64,000 nt of DNA, taken from assembly GCA_050951325.1 (NCBI GenBank), contig JBMNIW010000008.1, positions 1 to 64,000 of the forward strand. The letters run 5' to 3'. Below are positions 58,476-64,000 of this stretch, piece by piece. The DNA comes from Clostridia bacterium (GTDB taxonomy: Bacteria > Bacillota > Clostridia > UBA1212 > DUPL01). The notes beneath the pieces were generated by a model. The model was not told the origin of the DNA, ran no database searches, and was given only the letters and a program-made list of their open reading frames with translations. Both the position numbers and the translations under genes were made by a program. Position 1 is the stretch's first letter. Each line of letters starts with the position of its first letter.

Positions 58476-58504
58476 TTGCAAATACAAATATCAAATGCTA
58501 CAAT
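58476..58504 (+). promoter_or_regulatory. Putative sigma-A promoter of CotH-RCC1 gene 1
   Basis: TTGCAA-N17-TACAAT with TG extended -10. Confidence 0.55.
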
Positions 58505-58537
58505 TAAAACAAAGCTATGAAGAAAGAGGCAACGAAT

Positions 58538-61500
58538 ATGAGTAATAGATTTTATGGACTTACCTTATTGGCATTGCTTTTGGTTATGACGTTGATAGTT
58601 ATTACAGGGTGCAAAGCACAAGATGACACAAACCCTACCCCAACTCCAACGAACAATACGATACATAATACACCCGGCGAGACGGAGAATACCAGTACTC
58701 CATCAGAAACCACGGGTTCCACTTCCACACCCATGCCAACAGAAACTGAAACACAGACCGCCACTCCGGGGCCAACAGAGACAAATGCACCAGCCACTGA
58801 CACGCCCACTCCAAAACCAACACCAACACCTACACCAACTCCCACACCAAAATTGGAGGTAACCTTCTCCCATGAAGGTGGCTTTTACGATAACAACTTC
58901 AAGCTGGAACTATCCGCCCCCAGTGGTTTTACAATCTACTACACTCTGGACGGAACAGATCCAAGAACCAGCAATACAAGGCAGAAATACACAGGTCCAA
59001 TAAGTATTACAAACAGTGAGTCAAAAGGACTCGGACCAATAACCCAAAGTCTAGGCAACTACGGCTCCAGCAAACGACTTACAGGAACCGTTGTAAGGGC
59101 GTATGCAAACAGGACCGTCATTACAACACCGGTTGTTACCAATACATATTTCGTTGCCAACAATCTGGCAAACAAGTACAACCTGCCTTATGTGTCCATT
59201 TCATTGAGACCGGCAGATTTTAACAGCCGAACCAACCCAAGAGGTATATATGTGTGGCCTTCCGTATCCAATGATCAATTTGATACAAAAAGAAGAATAA
59301 TTGTGTTCGTGGAATTTTACAACGAAAAGGGCAAAAAGGAAGACCAATTGTATGCCGAAATGTCCCTGCACGGAAATGGTTCAATGGGAGCTACTATGAA
59401 ATCCTTCAGAATGTATTTCAAAAACGACCTTGACAAGGATTCAGAACACTTCCCAAACAAGCTTACCTACGATCTTTTTAACGGGCGAGCAAAAGACAAT
59501 AACGGAAAACCCATTGACTCATTCAAACGTATTATCTTAAGAAACTCCGGAAATGATTACAACCGCTCCATGTTGAGAGATGCGCTATTCCAGAGATTGA
59601 GTGAACCTCTTTACTGCGATTACATGGAATCCCAACCTGTAATGGTATTCATTAACGGTGAGTTCTGGGGAATGTACAATGCAAGAGAACGTTATGACGA
59701 CAAATATTTTAAAGCCCACTACGGAATACAGGAGGAAAACCTTGTACTCCTCGAAGCCCCCACTCCACTCAAGTACGATATGGACTTTACTAGACCCTAT
59801 GAAATATGCGAGGGGGTTCCGGGAGATGAGAAACCTTGGGAGGATCTTATCAGATACTGTGATACTCACAATCTTGCCAATGATGCATACTACAAAGTTG
59901 TAACAGACCAGGTGGACATATATAGTCTGATGGATGTTTACATCGTAAACATGTTTTTCGCAAATCGCGACTGGCCGGGCAACAATGTCAAGGTATGGAG
60001 AAACAAAAACCCGAAAGATCCTAGTGGCATGGATACCAAATGGCGTTTTGTTCTTCTTGACACTGACATGGGTGCAGGATTCAATGATGGACCTGAGTAC
60101 AACATGATAACCCAACACAACGTTTTCAACAGAGGAACAGGCTGGATACTGACAAAACTTATGACTTCCCTGCTCCAGAACGAGGGTTTCAAGCAGCAGT
60201 TCGTGGAAAGATTCATATATGTAATAGACAATGTGTTCAGCCCTGACAGGACCATACCTGTTTTAAACAACATGGCCAATGAGATAGAAAAAGCCATGGA
60301 GCTTAATGTTGCCAGATGGCCACAAAACAACATAGATAATTGGAGAGGCGAGATTAATAAGATCCGTGATTTCTTCCAGAGAAGAGCACAGTATTTAAAA
60401 CCACAACTGTACAGTTATTTCGGCATCCACCCAAAGGAAGTCAGCTATATATATGACAGCAGCAAGGTAACTTTGACAGTAAACGGACAAAGCGTAACCG
60501 AAGGATACACTGTGACTATGCAGTCAGCCACCCAGATCAAGCTTAATGCAACACCCAAGAGCGGATACGAGTTTGTTTCATACAATGTGATTGACGTAAA
60601 TGGCAACCAAAAGACATACACCAGCCAAAACCTTACACTCACATTGAATGACAAAACCCACATTCTGGTACTTGCTAAATCAAAAACCTTCAATGTGTCT
60701 CCACAGATTGCCACAGGTTCAAGGAGTGTTTATGCAATTGACAAAAACGGTAATCTTTTCGCCTGGGGCAGCAATGAACTAGGTCAACTTGGAGTTGTTA
60801 CAAGCAAAACTCTTACAAAACCAACCTTTATTATGACTGGAGTCGTGAAAGTATCCACATCCCTTGGGGGAAATGTGGGAGACGCACCCCATACATTAAT
60901 CCTGACAGACAACAACACCCTGTACAGCGTCGGCAACAATTCTTTTGGGCAACTTGGAAGAACCGGCAACACGACTATACCCATGAAGGTTAACATCTCA
61001 GGAAAGATAAAGGACATAAGTGCAGGATTTGACCATACTCTTGTCTTGATGGAGAGTGGAGACTTGTATGGCTGCGGCAACAACCAAAGAGGACAACTTG
61101 GTGCCACAAACTTTGGCGGAGAAGTGCGTGAATTTATTAAGATAGCGTCCAATGTAAAAGAAATGGTTGCTGGCCGACGACACACAGTGTATGTCGACAA
61201 CCAAGGGAGAGCCTATGGGCTTGGTGACAACAGATGGAAAAAGATGACGCCTCAGAGTGTGGAAAGCTATTCCTCCCCTGTTCTTCTGATGTCCAATGTC
61301 AAGAAGGTGTATGCAGGAGAGCACCAGACTCTATTCTTAACGAACAGCAACGAGCTGTACTATATTGGCTGGAGAAACCACGTTAGCCTTGTTACAGGAG
61401 GGGGAGATGGCCAACCCCACAAGCTCATGGACAATGTCAAAAAGGCCAACATGATGGACGAACACGCAGTAATACTAACCAATGACAACAAAGCCTACGG

Positions 61501-61726
61501 CTGGGGATTAAACAGTCACAGCCAGGTTGCAAACGGTACCCAGACCCAGTCCACACCCGTCTTTATTGCAAACAATGTAAGAGATGTGGCAGCAGGCTCC
61601 TGGTTCTCAGTGCTGCTTCATGAAGACGGCCGCGTGGTTGTCTGGGGAAAAAACACATCAGGAGTTGCTGGTAACGGCTCTACATCCGAAAAGGTTGGGA
61701 AAACCACAGCTATGACAATTTCGTAA
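58538..61726 (+). CDS. Lipoprotein with PT linker, Fn3-associated domain, CotH-type kinase domain and RCC1-like repeats
   Basis: Lipobox ITGC; FSHEGGFY..IYYTLDGTDP; CotH-like KSFRMYF, LRNSGND, FINGEFWGMYNARE, NRDWPGNN, DTD; repeats WGSNELGQLG, GNNSFGQLG, GNNQRGQLG. Start at 58538 chosen from RBS. Confidence 0.8.
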   Translation: MSNRFYGLTLLALLLVMTLIVITGCKAQDDTNPTPTPTNNTIHNTPGETENTSTPSETTGSTSTPMPTETETQTATPGPTETNAPATDTPTPKPTPTPTPTPTPKLEVTFSHEGGFYDNNFKLELSAPSGFTIYYTLDGTDPRTSNTRQKYTGPISITNSESKGLGPITQSLGNYGSSKRLTGTVVRAYANRTVITTPVVTNTYFVANNLANKYNLPYVSISLRPADFNSRTNPRGIYVWPSVSNDQFDTKRRIIVFVEFYNEKGKKEDQLYAEMSLHGNGSMGATMKSFRMYFKNDLDKDSEHFPNKLTYDLFNGRAKDNNGKPIDSFKRIILRNSGNDYNRSMLRDALFQRLSEPLYCDYMESQPVMVFINGEFWGMYNARERYDDKYFKAHYGIQEENLVLLEAPTPLKYDMDFTRPYEICEGVPGDEKPWEDLIRYCDTHNLANDAYYKVVTDQVDIYSLMDVYIVNMFFANRDWPGNNVKVWRNKNPKDPSGMDTKWRFVLLDTDMGAGFNDGPEYNMITQHNVFNRGTGWILTKLMTSLLQNEGFKQQFVERFIYVIDNVFSPDRTIPVLNNMANEIEKAMELNVARWPQNNIDNWRGEINKIRDFFQRRAQYLKPQLYSYFGIHPKEVSYIYDSSKVTLTVNGQSVTEGYTVTMQSATQIKLNATPKSGYEFVSYNVIDVNGNQKTYTSQNLTLTLNDKTHILVLAKSKTFNVSPQIATGSRSVYAIDKNGNLFAWGSNELGQLGVVTSKTLTKPTFIMTGVVKVSTSLGGNVGDAPHTLILTDNNTLYSVGNNSFGQLGRTGNTTIPMKVNISGKIKDISAGFDHTLVLMESGDLYGCGNNQRGQLGATNFGGEVREFIKIASNVKEMVAGRRHTVYVDNQGRAYGLGDNRWKKMTPQSVESYSSPVLLMSNVKKVYAGEHQTLFLTNSNELYYIGWRNHVSLVTGGGDGQPHKLMDNVKKANMMDEHAVILTNDNKAYGWGLNSHSQVANGTQTQSTPVFIANNVRDVAAGSWFSVLLHEDGRVVVWGKNTSGVAGNGSTSEKVGKTTAMTIS
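58750..58848 (+). repeat. Low-complexity Pro/Thr linker (CCAACA-type repeats)
   Basis: Encodes TQTATPGPTETNAPATDTPTPKPTPTPTPTPTP. Confidence 0.7.
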
Positions 61727-61740
61727 CCTTCTTTTATATG

Positions 61741-61770
61741 TTGCATCTACTGGCTCACATATGTTACAAT
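61741..61770 (+). promoter_or_regulatory. Putative sigma-A promoter of CotH-RCC1 gene 2
   Basis: TTGCAT-N18-TACAAT with TG extended -10; same pattern as gene 1. Confidence 0.5.
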
Positions 61771-61807
61771 TTATGCAAAGGTTCGAGAAAGAAGGTAATA
61801 CATCAAG

Positions 61808-64000
61808 ATGCATGTTAAAAAAACCACAATACTAATCATATCCTCGCTGCTTTTGGCTCTGCTTCTTGCTGGATGCACTTTCAGCGAGGATTTTGACATA
61901 GAAAATACGACAAGTCCGACAGAACAAAAGCCAACTGCCTCACCTTCCATTCATTATGGAATTAATTTTTCACACGAAGCAGGATTTTACGAGCATGAAT
62001 TTGAGCTTGAACTGTCCGCACCCAGCGGCAGCACGATATATTACACGACGGACGGAAGCGATCCGAGAGAAAAAGGAAAAGAGTATACAGGGCCAATAAA
62101 AATAGCAAATAGTGATACAAAGCCCATTGGGAGAGTTACAAGAAGCATAGGAAACTATGGCACAAAACCCAGGCTTACAGCCACCGTTGTAAGGGCATAT
62201 ACTAAGAAAAACAGTTTCGAATCCCCTGTTGTTACAAATACCTACTTTGTTGCGGAAAACCTTGCAGACAGATACAAGCTGCCCTTTGTATCCGTATCTT
62301 TAGAATTCAACGATTTTGCTGGTACAAGAGGAATATACTTTAACCCATCCATATCCGACAATGTATTTGATACAAAAAAAAGAATAAAAGTTTTTGTTGA
62401 GTTTTTTGATGAAAAGGGACTGAAAAGAGACAATCTGTATGCTCAAATGACATTGCAGGGAAACGGTTCTATGGGAGCCACAATGAAATCCTTCCGTCTC
62501 TTCTTCAAAAAAGATCTCGACAAGGACACTCTTTTCTATCCAAGCAAACTAACTTACGACATATTTGGAGGAAGGGTCAAGGATAAAGACGGAAATACAA
62601 TTAACAACTTTAAACGAATCCTTTTAAGAAACTCGGGCAACGACTTCAATCGTTCCATGCTTCGTGACAGATTGATTCAGAAACTGAGTGAACCTTTGAC
62701 ATGTGATTATCAGGAGTCCCAACCCGTTATGATGTTTATTAACGGCGAGTTCTGGGGAATGTACAATGCAAGAGAGCGTTACGATGACAAATACTTCAGA
62801 GACCATTACGGAATACTGGAAGAAAACATTGTAATGCTGGAAGCCCCTACTCCACTCAAGTTCCATGACAGAAGCTATACGAACCCTTACGAATTGTGTG
62901 AAGGCGAAAAAGGTGACGACAAACCCTGGCATGACCTTATCCGATACATAGACACCCACAACCTGTCAAACGACAATTACTACAGGGTGGTCGAAGACCA
63001 GGTTGACATATACAGTCTTATGGACATGTATATTGTAAACGTGTTTTTCTGCAATGCCGACTGGCCAGGCAACAATGTAAAGGTGTGGAGAAATAAAAAT
63101 CCACACGATCCAAGCGGCATGGACACAAAATGGCGTTTTGTCCTTATGGACCTGGACATGGGTGCAAGTTTTGGAGCAGGACCTGAACATAACTTTATGG
63201 GGCATGCATTCAACAGGGGCACGGGATGGATATTGACAAAACTTATGACCTCCCTGCTTCAAAACGATGGCTTCAAACAGGAATTTGTAGAGAGATTCGT
63301 GTACATTGTTGATAATGTATTTACTCCTGAAATTACAATTCCTGTCATGGAAAGCATGGCGGAAGAAATTGAAGCAGCCATGGAACTGAATGTGGCTAGA
63401 TGGCCTCAGAACACTATGAACAACTGGAAGATAGAGATTCAGAAAATACGCTCTTTCCTCAACAACAGAGGAAGGTACGTGAAAAATCATGTTTACAACT
63501 TCTTTGGCATTCATCCAAAGGAAGTAAGTTATGTGTTTGATAAAAACAAGGTTTCCCTTGATGTAAACGGACAGAATGTACCAGAAGGATACACAACAGA
63601 GGTTGAGGCAGCCAGCAGCTTGAATCTTTCTGTCACTACTAAGAGCGGGTATGACTTTGTTTCAATAAATGTGATTGACGCAAACGGAAACCAGAAAACA
63701 TATGCACATCCAAAGACTACAGTCTCCTTGAGTGGAAAAACCTCCATTATTGTGCTTGCAAAGATGAAAAACTTTAGGACAACACCACAGATTGTTGCAG
63801 GCTCAAGAAGCATGTTTGCAATCACTGAGAATGGTGATATGTATGCCTGGGGAAACAACGAACTTGGACAGAATGGAGTTTTCACAAGCAAAACTCTGAC
63901 AAAACCAACTTTAATAATGACGGGTGTGGTCAAGGTGGCAACATCCATGGGTGGAAACGTAGGCGATTCCCCCCACACCCTTATACTCACCGACAACAAC
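61808..64000 (+). CDS. Second CotH kinase / RCC1-repeat lipoprotein (partial, runs off the window)
   Basis: Not in the ORF track. MHVKKTTILIISSLLLALLLAGC lipobox; spot-translated segments TLQGNGSMGATMKSFRLFF, NADWPGNNVK and WGNNELGQNG are collinear with 58538-61726. Confidence 0.85.
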   Translation, partial: MHVKKTTILIISSLLLALLLAGCTFSEDFDIENTTSPTEQKPTASPSIHYGINFSHEAGFYEHEFELELSAPSGSTIYYTTDGSDPREKGKEYTGPIKIANSDTKPIGRVTRSIGNYGTKPRLTATVVRAYTKKNSFESPVVTNTYFVAENLADRYKLPFVSVSLEFNDFAGTRGIYFNPSISDNVFDTKKRIKVFVEFFDEKGLKRDNLYAQMTLQGNGSMGATMKSFRLFFKKDLDKDTLFYPSKLTYDIFGGRVKDKDGNTINNFKRILLRNSGNDFNRSMLRDRLIQKLSEPLTCDYQESQPVMMFINGEFWGMYNARERYDDKYFRDHYGILEENIVMLEAPTPLKFHDRSYTNPYELCEGEKGDDKPWHDLIRYIDTHNLSNDNYYRVVEDQVDIYSLMDMYIVNVFFCNADWPGNNVKVWRNKNPHDPSGMDTKWRFVLMDLDMGASFGAGPEHNFMGHAFNRGTGWILTKLMTSLLQNDGFKQEFVERFVYIVDNVFTPEITIPVMESMAEEIEAAMELNVARWPQNTMNNWKIEIQKIRSFLNNRGRYVKNHVYNFFGIHPKEVSYVFDKNKVSLDVNGQNVPEGYTTEVEAASSLNLSVTTKSGYDFVSINVIDANGNQKTYAHPKTTVSLSGKTSIIVLAKMKNFRTTPQIVAGSRSMFAITENGDMYAWGNNELGQNGVFTSKTLTKPTLIMTGVVKVATSMGGNVGDSPHTLILTDNN

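Overview
AT-rich chromosomal segment from a spore-forming Clostridia-class firmicute. It is gene-dense and mostly on the minus strand. Bases 1-17 kb hold a large carbohydrate-uptake locus: a 1011-aa membrane-anchored solute-binding protein, two permease pairs, an NHL/TPR/Yip1 membrane protein, a DUF5696-like protein and an SBP lipoprotein. Downstream of these is a tandem array of at least three paralogous SBP lipoproteins, each with its own promoter. Bases 17-56 kb are largely housekeeping: murD, FMN riboswitch-ribU, thrR-hom-aspartokinase, HD-GYP, thrC, secA, yfbR/dGTPase, prfB with its programmed +1 frameshift, rnr, secG, an in-frame pgk-tpi fusion interrupted by one extra base, addB without addA, yhaM, deoB, recO, era, ybeY, phoH, yqfD/yqfC/pdaA, two DUF881 genes, htpG and mscL. 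Bases 56-64 kb hold a DUF5107-like gene and two tandem lipoproteins combining a CotH-type kinase domain with RCC1-like repeats. I saw no rRNA, tRNA, CRISPR array or mobile element. The best candidates for an uncharacterised system are the glycan-capture ABC locus with its diversifying SBP array and the tandem CotH-RCC1 surface kinases. Domain names come from recognising motifs by eye, not from database searches.
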